Below are positions 13,514-26,790 of a stretch of 64,000 bases of DNA, piece by piece. Source of the DNA: Glycera tridactyla (lineage: Eukaryota); assembly GCA_965644265.1 (NCBI GenBank), contig OZ286474.1:64294001-64358000 (forward strand). The letters are read 5' to 3'. Numbering within the stretch: the stretch's first letter is position 1; each line of letters opens with the position of its first letter. The notes under the pieces are model-generated. The model saw only the letters and a list, made by a program, of their open reading frames with translations, made no database searches and was not told where the DNA came from. The translations under genes and the position numbers were made by a program.

Positions 13514-13588
13514 GGCGCCAGCCGCGACGCGGCTTCAAATCCTGGGTCGAACCTCTTCGCCTGCGGACCTCGCCACGTCGTATTCTGA

Positions 13589-13611
13589 TATATATATATA
13601 TATATATATAT
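13589..13611. repeat. (TA)n microsatellite at the 3' side of the PLE
   Basis: Read directly from the sequence. Confidence 0.95.
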
Positions 13612-14600
13612 GGTATTAAAGATGATTTCATTCTGAATAATTTCTGCCATTTGCCCTACAAACGTTGATTATCTGTGATACTTTACAAAATAAATATATA
13701 TCTACAAATCTATTTCTGTGTCCTTAGACATTTGTGCCAATAATTAAGTTTACTGTGGTTGAGATGCTTGATAGAGATGACTTCATATACTCTGTTTTAG
13801 ACTTGACGTATATATTTGTGAACACAATCCACAGGAGCAATATCATTTATTTAAATATTTTGGTAAATGGGACAAAAATCCCCGATTAAACATTGCTTTC
13901 TGCTGTTCTTGGTCATGGAATCTATATCAAGGAATTGACTATTAGTCAGTAGTTGTATCTGAGGAAGAGGAGGGAATACTCCTGCAAGCCTGTCGGATGA
14001 CTGGTGAAATTCCATCGTCAAATTGGAAGGATTACACTTGAAGTACTGAAATAGGTAGTCTTGTAGAACAAATGACAGAAAACAATCAAATTATTATTGC
14101 TCAGGGTAAAGGAGAGCAAGTCAGATGGTTCGAAATTAATATATTCGCTAAATGTTCATTGTTTTTGCTAATTCTCACTGAGTAATCGAATCTCATCCTA
14201 AAAAACACAGTTCAGACCAGAAATGAGGTCGTGCTGATGGTACAGCCTCTACACATGCTTCAATCTGCCAGCGTCCCTAGTGAACACTAGCAGGCCATCT
14301 CAGCTGTTTAAGACAATCTCGTGGCACAATTATCATATTCTGCTGATACTCGTTTTTATCTTGACAGGTGCCATATTTATGACATTGTCTTGTTTTCATG
14401 ACATTTTGATGGTAGCCATCTTGAATTTGGCCTATTCATGTGAGACCCTTTATTTGAAAATGGTTATCCCATTGCATTCGCTCAAAAGCAAATATGGACT
14501 GACCGATAAAACATATTTCTATCTTGATTGGTGCCGAATCTATGGCATTTTCTTGGATTTCTGACATTTTCATGGAAGCCATCTTGAATTTTGCCTATTT

Positions 14601-15065
14601 TTGTGGAACTTATTCTAGAAATAATCATCTAGAAATTATTATCCCGTTACAGATATGAAAAGACCCATTAGACATGTTTCTATCCTGATAAGCAAAAATT
14701 ATTCCATATTTGTTTTCTGGACAGTCTTATGGCAGCAATCTTACATTTGGCCGAAAATTGCAAACCTTTCTCTGTCAATTAGGAGGTAACGAAATAAATT
14801 GAGAAGCGTTCTCCAGCAATTTTGTGGAACCTCAACTTATTCTAAAAATAATCATCTAGAAATTATTATCCCGTTACAGATATGAAAAGACCCATTAGAC
14901 ATGTTTCTATCCTGATTAGCAAAAATTATTCCATATTTGTTTTCTGGGCAGTCTTATGGCAGCAATCTTACATTTGGCCGAAAATTGCAAACCTTTCTCT
15001 GTCAATTAGGAAGTAACGAAATAAACTGAGAAGCGTTCTCCAGCAATTTTGTGGAACCTCAACTG
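14601..15065. repeat. Near-identical tandem duplication, ~225-bp unit, next to GCCATCTTGAATT motifs
   Basis: ttgtggaac...tattct...gaagcgttctccagcaatt occurs twice; gccatcttgaatt at about 14415 and 14578. Confidence 0.88.
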
Positions 15066-16033
15066 TTTATTGTCTGGACTAAAAATGTGAATATGACAGG
15101 GAGAATGGATGTCCAGCTCTGCGAGTGCATGCCTCTTGCTATTTATGTAGAAGTCTGATTTTTGCTTTCGAAAACAGTCCTCAGTGCTTACTCTCTTGCT
15201 CATTATTGCCCCCTCTTGCACAGGCTGCTCACTATGTTTGGTTTGCTGTGTTTGAGTACACTATTGCCCAAATTGTTCAATTGGCTCATTTTCTCGATGC
15301 TTGTCTTTTCTCGTTTGGTTGGCTCTGCAAGTCTATACATACATTGACAATGTCATAATTGTCCATTACTCTTGTGTTGAGAAAAAAGGGCATCTTTGTC
15401 CAAATGCATATCCGTACAGATTGCAATTCGATTAGATCAAATGAAGGGAACACAGATATCATTCACTAGTACCTTAAATGATTCAGAGGAAGAGTTGCTG
15501 AGTTGCTCTTCCTATCCATGCAGGACCCCAACACCAACCGTGACAGAAGCAGTCACTTTTTTCAGCCATTATACCTGGAGTTGTGAAAATTGATACGTAG
15601 GATCTCTTTGATCCCATGATGACGTGACAGGATGAGTGTATCATCATAGTCGCCATTCGCTGACAGAGAGAGTCTGATGGTTTCTGGAAGCTTTGACTTC
15701 AAACTACCACTATGAGTAGTAGCATGAAGATCACATCTCATGAGATTGGAGGGAGTCCATCCATCTTATTTTATTCAGCTTGATACTTCATGTTGTGAAA
15801 ATCCTCACTCACCCAACAATCTCACCAGCTTCCTCATGACCCACATCGTCAATCTCCAAAATGTCCTAACTGTGATTCTCTAACCATTGTATTCAGCATT
15901 CACCATTCCGATGTCCATGTCCAATTTTACCTAAAGGGCTATTCACAAGCTGTTGATCCCTAAAACATGAAACATCAACATCGAGTTCAGTATAAGGTAT
16001 ATGTCGAACAAGAAGGGTTGGTCACATACAGTT

Positions 16034-16570
16034 CATATTGATCAGAAATTTTACAGCTATTTTCATGAGCGATACATACATACGATAACATGGGCTTTGA
16101 ATAATGGATTGTGATATGAGATTCCATGCACCTGTTTCTCCCGGATCTCCCAGACAGCATGTGAAGTGGGTCACTAGAACCAGAAGTGATCCAGTGTATT
16201 CATGTATCCGTGAGATTTTGATGCTTGGGAATCCCATATTGTGGTCCACGAAGGACAGTGCCCAAGTGTCTTAAGAGCCTTTTGGTACACATTTCTGTAT
16301 AGGTGTATAAGGAGGATTTCGGACAAGTAGGGTTGGGTACATACGATGCATATTGATCAGACATTTTACAGCTATCTTCATGAGCGATACTTACATACGA
16401 TAACATGGGCTTTGAATAATGGATTGTGATATGAGAATATATGCACCTGTTTCTCCCGGACAGAATGGGAAAATGGGTTATTAAAAAGGGTCCCAATGTA
16501 TTCGTGTATCCATGACATTTTTATGCTTTAGAATTCCATATTGTGGTCCACAAATGTCAGTGCCAAAGTT
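16034..16570. repeat. Direct duplication of about 230 bp (16034-16268 and 16349-16570)
   Basis: catattgatcag...gataacatgggctttgaataatggattgtgatatgag...cagtgcc(c/a)aagt occurs twice. Confidence 0.85.
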
Positions 16571-18613
16571 CGACCGTGCCTTTCGAAGCACACATCTAGA
16601 TTCGGGCTATGTACATGTTTCTATTTTTTTCCTTTCGTCCTTCTTTTCTCTCATTACTCTCCATTATATTGTTGTAATACTTCATCACTTATCACGATTC
16701 CACTGAGCATCATCAAATTACCAGGCCTTGAGAATCATAAGGCCAAAGGCTATTTGCAAAGAATGAATATGTAAGTCAACTTCTTCCATGCATGAGCCTT
16801 TAGTAGGTGCTGAATTCATCACTCCGTTTGTCATATGATTTCTGCATAGGTATCATAGCATTTGAGTCACACCTGCCAGGCATGATGATGGGAATACGTC
16901 AGCGTGATCGGGAACCATTATCTCGGTCAACCTTTGGACTGTCAATTCTATAATGCTCATTGGTGAGGAAAAACAGACAGAATGACATGAATGCCTGGGA
17001 GTTGATCGATGGTGAGATTGATGGAATCAATCCATAGTTTCAAAATAACTGATGGGAGGTGCCGAAGTGGCTGCTTGAGACAGGTGTCAGCTCCCGGATG
17101 TTTGATTGTATTGTTTGCTTCTTCTCAGTGGACGTATATCCACATCTCAGAATGGGATTGTTACCGCCTCAAACTGATCAGGTTTATTGTATTTACCCAA
17201 CGAATCCAATCTCTATTGCCTAATGTGAGAGAACGATATGCATCATGGCATTGACACACTAAAACATCGAACCTGCCCGAACTTTGACTCAAAGAAGATC
17301 CAGACTCAGGAAGGATATTCATATTCATCAGATAGACGGTGGTTCGTGGGATTACGGACCCGGTTGGAGGTCGTGCCTGAAGAATACCCGGGCAGACCTG
17401 GACCACAGATGCATGGAAATTGATATGGAACACCATAGAATTGTCGGACAGATATGACCAGAAGCAGCAGCAGGGCGGAGAATTGCAATAGCAGAAAAAG
17501 TATTTATCATCGATATTATTCGTAAGATTGAACTGAAGATGGCTCAGGATGAAGGCAAACGTTCATATCATGAAGTAAATTGAGCTACCATATCACAGGC
17601 AACCAGGCAAAGATAAAAAGAGTTTGACGACATGTCCATCAACATCCGCACAGCTCCAAGGTCGTCATGCCTCGGGCTTCACCTACTATTATGCTCAGTG
17701 ATCTCCTCACAGAAGCATCCCCACATGCAACGTACACAGTCTCAGTTGGGACTGTGATGACTTTCGGTACATGAACAAGGAAGCTTGATGCAGTTAGTGA
17801 AAAGCCTGAGATTATACGGTGGTAGTCTTTTTTGGAAAGAGGCTGCAATGGCAAATGCATCTAGTGAGTAGGTAGAACGCCTTATAATGATGAGAGTGCA
17901 GAATTTACGTAAACACGTGTGATATCGATTTCCAGACCTGTGCATGTACATGCAGTTTGTGGAAAGCCCGTAATGGTATTATTTCAGAAAGATGATATGA
18001 GAGTAGATATTTAGAGGGAAGATGAAGTGTGCCTAGCTAGGTTTGATGCATTAAGGTCTAAATGATGTACGCACAGAATGATCTAGGTCCGTATATCAGC
18101 TAGATAGCTTTGTGCTATAAGTGTAGAATAATACGCCATCAGCCATTTCGGTGCAAATCATTAATTGGCAGGTTTGGCATGATACATGTGTAATGTTGAC
18201 TTGGCGTGCATGTGAGGATGTTGGAGTGGTGATCAAATAGAAAAACCATGTAATGTTCAGTATTTATCACGCTTACACCACTGCAGGTTTGCTTCATGAT
18301 AACCACACATATATCATCACTATCTGATCACTCTCTCATTGCAGGCTTGGCACTTTATAAGTACACCCACGTATTCCCATGCATACCATTTGATAACTAG
18401 ACCTATATCATTACATGCTTTATATTCAACTTCCGGGATGCAATAATGTGTGCATCCCGGATTAATGTCATAGTACAAAAGTTTCTGTCAGTCTGGAATG
18501 ACCAATGCGATGTCAAAAAAAACGTTTAACATCAAGCAAGCAATCGATAAGTTATCAAGTGAACAATGCAGCAAGCCTTCTGTGGTGATTTCATTGAATA
18601 TATGTGCATGACT

Positions 18614-18911
18614 NNNNNNNNNNNNNNNNNNNNNNNNNNNNNNNNNNNNNNNNNNNNNNNNNNNNNNNNNNNNNNNNNNNNNNNNNNNNNNNNNNNNNNN
18701 NNNNNNNNNNNNNNNNNNNNNNNNNNNNNNNNNNNNNNNNNNNNNNNNNNNNNNNNNNNNNNNNNNNNNNNNNNNNNNNNNNNNNNNNNNNNNNNNNNNN
18801 NNNNNNNNNNNNNNNNNNNNNNNNNNNNNNNNNNNNNNNNNNNNNNNNNNNNNNNNNNNNNNNNNNNNNNNNNNNNNNNNNNNNNNNNNNNNNNNNNNNN
18901 NNNNNNNNNNN
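18614..18911. other. Assembly gap (N run)
   Basis: Run of n. Confidence 1.
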
Positions 18912-20868
18912 CAGCATAATCGTCATCGTCATCATCATCGTTGTCAATGTCGATGTCGTCGTCGTTTTCACCTCCTTTCCGCACACTAATCAATCATGTC
19001 CATGCAGCTGATTGGTGGCCTGTTCAGTTGACCTGGTTTCATCAGTCACATTGCTAATATTGAAGATCTTTGCCAATATGATAGACCAGGAGTTCCTGCA
19101 CGATCTTGTCCGGGTTCTCGCCGGACAGGATATCAAGCAGCCAGCCTCGACCATCCATGGTTGTCCAGCACTCCATCTCTGCATCATTCTGACTCATTAT
19201 CTATATACACTGCCCCTCGAGGCAAAGTCATAAGTTGCCATTGATGACACTGCAATCATTAAGAATTGAAAAAAAAATAGAGTTTCATGTCATCACTCAA
19301 TACAACTCCCACTCCTCAGAATGGGACAATAGTGTAGACTGCTCCCGATTGTAAATGAAGCTTGCCATCAGTCTGTGTGGGAAAGCGGAGTTTGTCTTTT
19401 TTGATGAGTGGAGAATCTGTACATTTTCTCCGGTACTTGGTCCTGGTATGGATAAAAGCAAACAGTTCCACTATTTGAACACAGTTGATGTCAATTACCA
19501 ACAACTTGGGCAAAGTCACTTGAAATCATTCCATGTTTCCTGTCAGTAAAAACACTGGGCTGATACATATTGGTCCAGTGGATTTCCATCCACTCATTTA
19601 CTAATCCATCTCACAATCCAGGTCCATACTGAATTCATACGATTCATGTAGGCTCAAATTCTTAGACGAAGGATCAATGTTGAGTTTTCCGGGCTGTCCT
19701 CCAATTTATTGACATATTCAGTCAGGATATGATTTGCCAGCTGTTCAGTTGACAGCAATCTTGTCAATACAGGAATATTTATGGGATACTCCGCCTCATG
19801 ACACCAAGTACCCATGGTGCTCCATCGAATAACTGGCGTTACTGCCGAAGATTGTCCTTCGGTATCCGAGACCACTTTGACAAGAGCATGGCTGTATGAT
19901 AAGGCCAAACTGACAACTGCCTCTTACAGCCCTCATATTGTCGGGGCAATCCATGGACACTTTGTCTGCATGCCCTAATTTTCTGGTGACAAGAGTGAAT
20001 TTGCAAATTTGGTTTGACCAGTTTGAGTCTATACGTACAGTATTTATATCCTCTTCACCCAAAGGAACGCCTAACATTCATGTTGGATAGAATGTGTCAT
20101 GTATTATTGCGATGTGTTGGCACATGACGACATGAATATCACTTCTGACATGGCTCACATACTATGAGCATTTATACATGAACATGCATACACGAACACA
20201 AACCGGTGATGACATGTTGGAATAAAATATGATTCAGAGACTAGGAGAAAACCCCCACTATATGCATACACGGAAACAGAATTCACACAAACATTATTAC
20301 AATACGATTAGAATGTGTATTCATACTTCGATAAATTCTGAGAGTGGTTGACATATGATTGATTTATGTCTGCAAATAACACTTAGGCGCGTATCCAGAT
20401 ACAAATTACACGGTGCGAGAGTCCTAGAGATATGACTACACGTATTTATGAATGACAGAGTACACACAGACACAATAACCTGCGCTCGACATGACTGTTT
20501 GCATATGTACTCAAACGTAAATAAACATAGAGGATCATCAAACGTACATTCACTGAAACACAGACACGCTGACACCATTACACAAGAACCAGAGATGATG
20601 AATTTTGTCTTTTGATGAAAAGATTATGGATATGATCAATTTCGTTTGCGAATATATTTTGAATGACGAAAGCACTTCAGAAACCATCGAGCATGCAGAG
20701 ACAAATACAGGTCAAGACACCACACAACACGGTAGTTATGAGAGAGCGATTCATAGATCTGATGCCTCATTGTTGGTTTTCCTTAGGTTGAACGAGTCTG
20801 CAGTTCACTTATGATTTCTACACACAAACCAGACACGTATACACTTATAACCTTATAAGCAGCAAACA

Positions 20869-20870
<2 letters not shown>

Positions 20871-20935
<65 letters not shown>
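20871..20935. repeat. (CA)n microsatellite
   Basis: Read directly from the sequence. Confidence 0.95.
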
Positions 20936-20936
<1 letters not shown>

Positions 20937-21879
20937 CATACCAACGAACCCATGATTATTGTAAAGTATTTTAGCATTGGAGTTCGTTCTGACTTTGAAT
21001 TTGATCTGATTGATCTGTTTATGACTCTATACATCATATCATTTGTGAGTAGAATTTTCATATTATCATGTACTTGAAGATATCATTTGGGATGTACGGT
21101 GTTGGGAAGTGACGGAGGGAGATCCAACATGTGGAGAATGTATGTATACATGTAATTCAGCTGGATCATTTGGTGGGAGCGGAGCCAAACAGCATGGCCA
21201 ATTATCACCTCCACTTGTATGAAGACACGAGTGAAGCAGCCAACAAGTACCCCCCCCCCCTCCAAGAAGCAGGTTGAAGTGACCTCTCACGAATTACTAC
21301 AGCCCCCCCCCCCCCTTCCCGTCACATGGGTACATTCACAAATTTCCTCAGAAGTGGGCCTGTCAGTACAAATAACGATGAGAAAGATGATCAAGTGGTC
21401 AGTGAGAGACGACTGCATTCGTATATGATAACTCAGTATAAGCAGTCAACACACAAGTCTAGTAACAACCTAGTAAATTTGTAAATCCGAAAAGGGCAAT
21501 TCTCAGGATTCTAGTGGGTGGAAAGCAAATGAGGTTGGAGCAATATATTATGTAGCTACCAGCCTGATTTATACGAGATGTCTAAGACGAGCGAGACCGT
21601 TCAAATCTTCATTGCAATTGAACAAAGAAGCTTGTTTCCTTCACATCTCAAAACATGGTACAGACGTGGGAAGGTGCGTGCCCCACGGCACAGAAAGAGA
21701 GAGGCATACCGGAATTCAGCATCGGCATTGAGTAGCAAACTACCCCTAGTACGGTAAGATCCATTATGGAAGTAGCCTGTCACAGACCTCGATCTGATAT
21801 CGTAGAATTGCATTACGGGACCTACTGGTAGCCATTTTATGCAAATTAGTCGTATGACATGCAAATGAGGATCGAAAGG

Positions 21880-23170
21880 GGTACGCTGGTGTATGTTTGC
21901 ATCAGACGTGAATAGTTACCTGGAGAACCGGCACTGCCAGGTAAGGGTGGATACTGTGATGTCTGAATATAAAGGAGTGAATTGTGGCCTACCTCAGGGT
22001 CGATACTGGGTCCTCCATTGTTCTCCATATATGTGAATGATGTATCATACTACTTAAGAGGACCCAGTGTCGACATAAATAAATTTGTATGCAGATGATA
22101 CAGCCATTCTTGTAGCTGATCAAGACCCCGAAGTGCTTCGACTTAAGCTTGAACGAATATTACAGCAAGTAAGCACTTGGTTGAAACGTAACAAGTTAAG
22201 CCTCAACTTGAGTAAGACTAAAATTATGTCATTTGGATCGAGAAACCAAATTAGTAATCTTGATCTAAGATTTGTTGTGAAGGGCATCAACTGGAACATG
22301 TAGATAGATTTAAATACCTAGGTGTAGTTTTGGATAGCTTACTGAATTTTAAATATCATGCTGAACATATGAGAAGTAAGACAGCAAGCAGGGTGGGTGT
22401 ACTGGGTAGACTCCGAGGTGTTCTAAGTAAAAGGACATCTCTGATGCTATACAGGGCACTCATCCTGCCCATTTTTGACTATTGTGATACCGTATATGAT
22501 TGTCTGGGAATGGTTGATTCATCGAAATTACAGAAAATCCAAAATAAGGCGGCAAGAATAATTACTCATAGTCCCATGTTAACCAGCAGTACACTACTAC
22601 ATGAATCCCCCAAATTGCCCTTTTTGAACATCCGTAAAGAATTTCATACACTCATTTATGTTAACAAAATTCTGATTGGTGATGTGAATAATCAATATAC
22701 ACCATTGTGTTCATCGGCGACTGGAGGACATAATTATTCCACAAGATCCCAAACAAGTCCGTATGTGGATACATCATTAGTTAGGACAGAACAATTGGAA
22801 GGCTCCTTCAGAAACAGAGGAGCTGTGTTGGGGAATAAAAATGTCTCATGCCATCAAGTATTTGAATGCCTGGATTGTTCACTGTTTAAAAGTAGGCTTG
22901 AAAAATTTATGAACATAAATTAGTAATGCAAATATAAATTACTACATATCTTTTATTGTGCTTGTATATTAGGCAAGTGAAGGAATGTTATCAGACTGTA
23001 TTTCTCTGGGGCCTAAAATGAAAACAGCTAGAGCTTAAATCTATCATTTCAGTGCTTTCCTTTCTTACTCTCTCCATTTATCATTCATATTCATCCACTG
23101 TATATACATGTGCACTTGTTCGAGTTTGTTGAGTTCAATTGTTGACAATGTTATTTCGTTAATCATCATA
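21880..23170 (+). mobile_element. 5'-truncated CR1/L2-group LINE 3' fragment (RT C-half plus 3' UTR)
   Basis: GLPQG, YVND, MYADDTAI, LSLNLSKTKIM, FKYLGVVLDSLL, LYRALILPIFDYCD, LQKIQNKAARII; close in peptide sequence to the pol at 33950-36745. Confidence 0.9.
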
Positions 23171-23419
23171 TCATGACATTTTTATTGTATCAATCATTCA
23201 TACACATTCTTATTACCACTGCATTAAGTTATGTTATTAAGGAAATAGCTAGATCGTCCAACTGGGGAAGCCCCCATGTCTGGGGCAATTGTATCTGTTT
23301 GATTTATGGACGATATGAAATAAAGAAATATACATACAAATATACGTCCTTCCAAAACCAACGTAACTTTCGGAATATCACGCATCTCCATACCAATACG
23401 TATCCCACGTCACTAGATG

Positions 23420-26400
23420 CCCACTAGAAGATTTGATGCTGCAGAAAACACTCAACATTCCTCAAGATCCTTACCTCACAGCCAAGCGGCTGTCTTTATT
23501 CAGCCATTGGGTGTAATGATATAATACGAACAACAAACTACAAATTGCAAACTACAAGCAGGACATCAGTATTTGTGAAGTAGAAAAAGCCAAAGACATT
23601 CGGTACCCCTACAGACATCTATCAAGTCAACGGAAGTGCGCTGACATGACGCCAATTTTCTTTGCTGGAAAGTCCAAGTGACATTCGAGCAGCCATATCA
23701 GCTTCAACTCTGTGCGCTCCACAAAGCTTTGTATACAAACCGTAGTTCAAGCCAGCAGATATTATACTTGGGGCCTCTTTCGAATCAGAGGTGAACCTGC
23801 TGCTAAATGAAACTGGCGGGCTAGCGTGAGATACGGTTACTGCAGAAGATAATTTCCGCGATCATTGACAATCACGCGTTCAGCTCTTGACCATATTGAC
23901 AAATTGTCGGCAATCTGAAGACATACTTGGTACGTCGTCTTCGCCTATCGATCATGTCATGCCTAGCACTTTCATAAAGCAGCGATAGTCCCACCACCTG
24001 AATATGGACCGACCAACGCGTTCATATCCTCTGTGAATGAAGAGTGCCAAGTAGAGACAAGGGCAGACTAATGTCAGTGTCAAACATAACAAGCGAGATG
24101 ACAAATGAAATATAAACTGGTGCTAGTATTGCGTGCAGGCAAGGACATTATGGGCTCTATATTCTATAGCCTGATGTACTGCATATTGTATTCATGAGAG
24201 GCATGCTGACAGAGTTGTCTTTTGCCACTGACTATGCTATGAATATGCCACCCGTGAGTGCTTTGAAACCTGTGAGGCCTCTACAGATGAATCATCATAT
24301 CTAGGACATGAATGTCCTACACCTGATACACCTTATAAACTAGACAGTCATAGGAATGCTATGCCAAGTAGCACAGTACTATCGAGCCAAACTTGCTTAG
24401 AATGATGGTGGGAAAACCGCCGATGTGATAGAGGGCCATCATTTTGGACTTTTGAACTTTGAAATGTTCATTCATACTGTTCGTTTGTGAGGAAGACAGA
24501 ACAGAATGATATCCCATCGGAGTTTACATATAGTTATAGGTTTCGAATGCATCGATAATCCAATATAACGAGAGACAACCACCAGCCAGTGGACCTGATC
24601 CACCGAAGCTTAGTCTGCTTCCTCATCGGCTGTATGTGGGAGAATGGGTGTCCAGTACTGTTAGCTCCATGCTTGTGTCCCAGCCAGTCTGGTCAATCGG
24701 ATGCATTGAAATTGAATGATAAGATTGGGTGGAATCAGGAACATGGTCAAGCGACGTACACTGTCAATATCTCCATCCGGAATCCAAAAGTGGCTGCTCG
24801 AAGCTGCTTAGGTTTATTAAGTTTTTTGCAGAATCCAGTTTTTATTGCCTGATATGATGACTTCATCAAAACGTCGGGGCTGCGTACGTTCATTGTGTTT
24901 TTCACCAAATTCAGTTCCTACTGCCTGATATGAGAAGATGATGTGTATAATGCAAGTTAACAGCTGAAACGACATCAAACGAAATTTCCCAAGGTGCATT
25001 TTCCCGAGAAATTGCAAACAGTGAACCGTTCATATTGATGAAAACCCAGGGAGGATATTCTTGATCATGGGAGTTAACAGTGGTTCCTGGGATCAGGGAT
25101 CCTGTCAATGTTGGTACCCAAAGAATATCAAGATGGAGCTTGGACCATTATTGCATATGAAAATTATGTAGAGCTCCATACTTGTGACAGACAGTTATCA
25201 ACAGAAGTAGTAGCAGACTGAATAACTTCGATAACTGAAGTGTTTCATCGGAAGATGTTATATTGGATTAATACACATATGAATATGATGAGTATGATAA
25301 TGTAACATCTCACAGAAAGGCAGGCAAAGCTGAACCCAATGATATGTCTATCATTATTTGGACGATCTATNNNNNNNNNNNNNNNNNNNNNNNNNNNNNN
25401 NNNNNNNNNNNNNNNNNNNNNNNNNNNNNNNNNNNNNNNNNNNNNNNNNNNNNNNNNNNNNNNNNNNNNNNNNNNNNNNNNNNNNNNNNNNNNNNNNNNN
25501 NNNNNNNNNNNNNNNNNNNNNNNNNNNNNNNNNNNNNNNNNNNNNNNNNNNNNNNNNNNNNNNNNNNNNNNNNNNNNNNNNNNNNNNNNNNNNNNNNNNN
25601 NNNNNNNNNNNNNNNNNNNNNNNNNNNNNNNNNNNNNNNNNNNNNNNNNNNNNNNNNNNNNNNNNNNNNNNNNNNNNNNNNNNNNNNNNNNNNNNNNNNN
25701 NNNNNNNNNNNNNNNNNNNNNNNNNNNNNNNNNNNNNNNNNNNNNNNNNNNNNNNNNNNTTAATCAAACCTTTTGTGGTCGTTTATATTCACATGATACT
25801 AAAATTAGCATTTCACTGATTCCACACCATGCTCATAATAAATAATTTAGTTGAACTGGGAAGATCATGCGAAATCCATTAATTTATTTTTGTACATGTA
25901 AAACCTGAATCCGTGCAATGCAATGAAACGTCATATTGAAGGAATCAGTTTACAGACTTTGTCTTTGCCAGTTTAGCCGCCTGCAGATCGATTTCAAGAG
26001 AGATACATGTTTGCGCATGGTGCATCGTCACGGTGGCGAGAGATCAAAAATATACTCTGCCTCTCATTGCAAAGTCATAAGTTGATTTAAGGTTTCATGA
26101 TAAACTTTCAAGATGACCCAGTCATGTCAGACAGTTAGATATGACCTCCACGCCATGTTTCGAATACGATCAGACAGCCATCCTGAATATATCTGGATAG
26201 TGAAAGGGGTATTCGAGGAAACAGAAAAGGTCTTATTATGAATTTACATCAAGAGACCCTGTCATGAGTCTAGCAATCATTCAGTGTATGGTTAAATCTA
26301 TCGCCAACACTAGGAGGAGGATTGGAACCAAACTGTGATCCGACTGGTCGTTTTGAGGAAGGTAGACTCACCCGATGTCTTTTTACAGATAACGTTGGCC
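23420..26400 (+). pseudogene. Highly decayed coding-like unit, copy C (identity uncertain)
   Basis: Shares FSH(W), VTAED, VRK-x-(E/R)QND, PKWLLE, FIVF, WT and TLPL-x-AKS remnants with 15480-20100. Confidence 0.4.
25371..25759. other. Assembly gap (N run)
   Basis: Run of n. Confidence 1.
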
Positions 26401-26501
26401 TCCATGCAATTTTTTCGCCGTCACCTGTAGGTCATATGGTCCACATTTGCAGGATTCAGCTAGTGTGGTACACTGGTGAGAAACTGAATGATGGGAATAC
26501 C

Positions 26502-26790
26502 ACCCATCCACCCATCCATCCATCCATCCATCCATGCATCCATCTATCCACCCATTCATCCATCCATCTATCCATATATTCAACCATCCACATGCTGCTC
26601 AAATGATTGATTCAACTTTTCATTCATTCATTCATTCATTCATTCATCCATTCATCCATTCATCCATCCATCTATGTATCCGATCATTTTTATCGGGCTT
26701 GATCGATTGATCCATTCATACATCCATCAATCCATCTATCTACTCATCCATGCATCCTTGCTACCTTTCATCCATCAATCCCAACATTCA
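26502..26790. repeat. Degenerate (CATC)n/(CATT)n microsatellite
   Basis: Read directly from the sequence. Confidence 0.9.

Larger units (their letters stand above)
7970..13588 (+). mobile_element. Penelope-like retroelement (Neptune-like), frameshifted
   Basis: VVNLS...LSFCPTP, IIIKSADEGSAVVI, TPQLYLLPKIHK, MDVTSLYTNIP, GTAMGTRVAPSLANIFM, YLRYIDDIF, FLDTLV, followed by a GIY-YIG domain; bounded by (TA)n tracts. Ends approximate. Confidence 0.92.
15480..20100 (+). pseudogene. Highly decayed coding-like unit, copies A and partial B (identity uncertain)
   Basis: Nucleotide and peptide similarity to 23420-26400; no open frame longer than about 90 codons. Confidence 0.4.

Noticed and set aside
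14601-16570. CRISPR-like or other regularly spaced array
   Set aside because: Only two long units per duplication, no short repeats with unique spacers, and the context is eukaryotic
18532-19011. Long ORFs of 117-153 aa
   Set aside because: Artefacts of translating through the N gap
25339-25845. Long ORFs of 137-168 aa
   Set aside because: Artefacts of translating through the N gap
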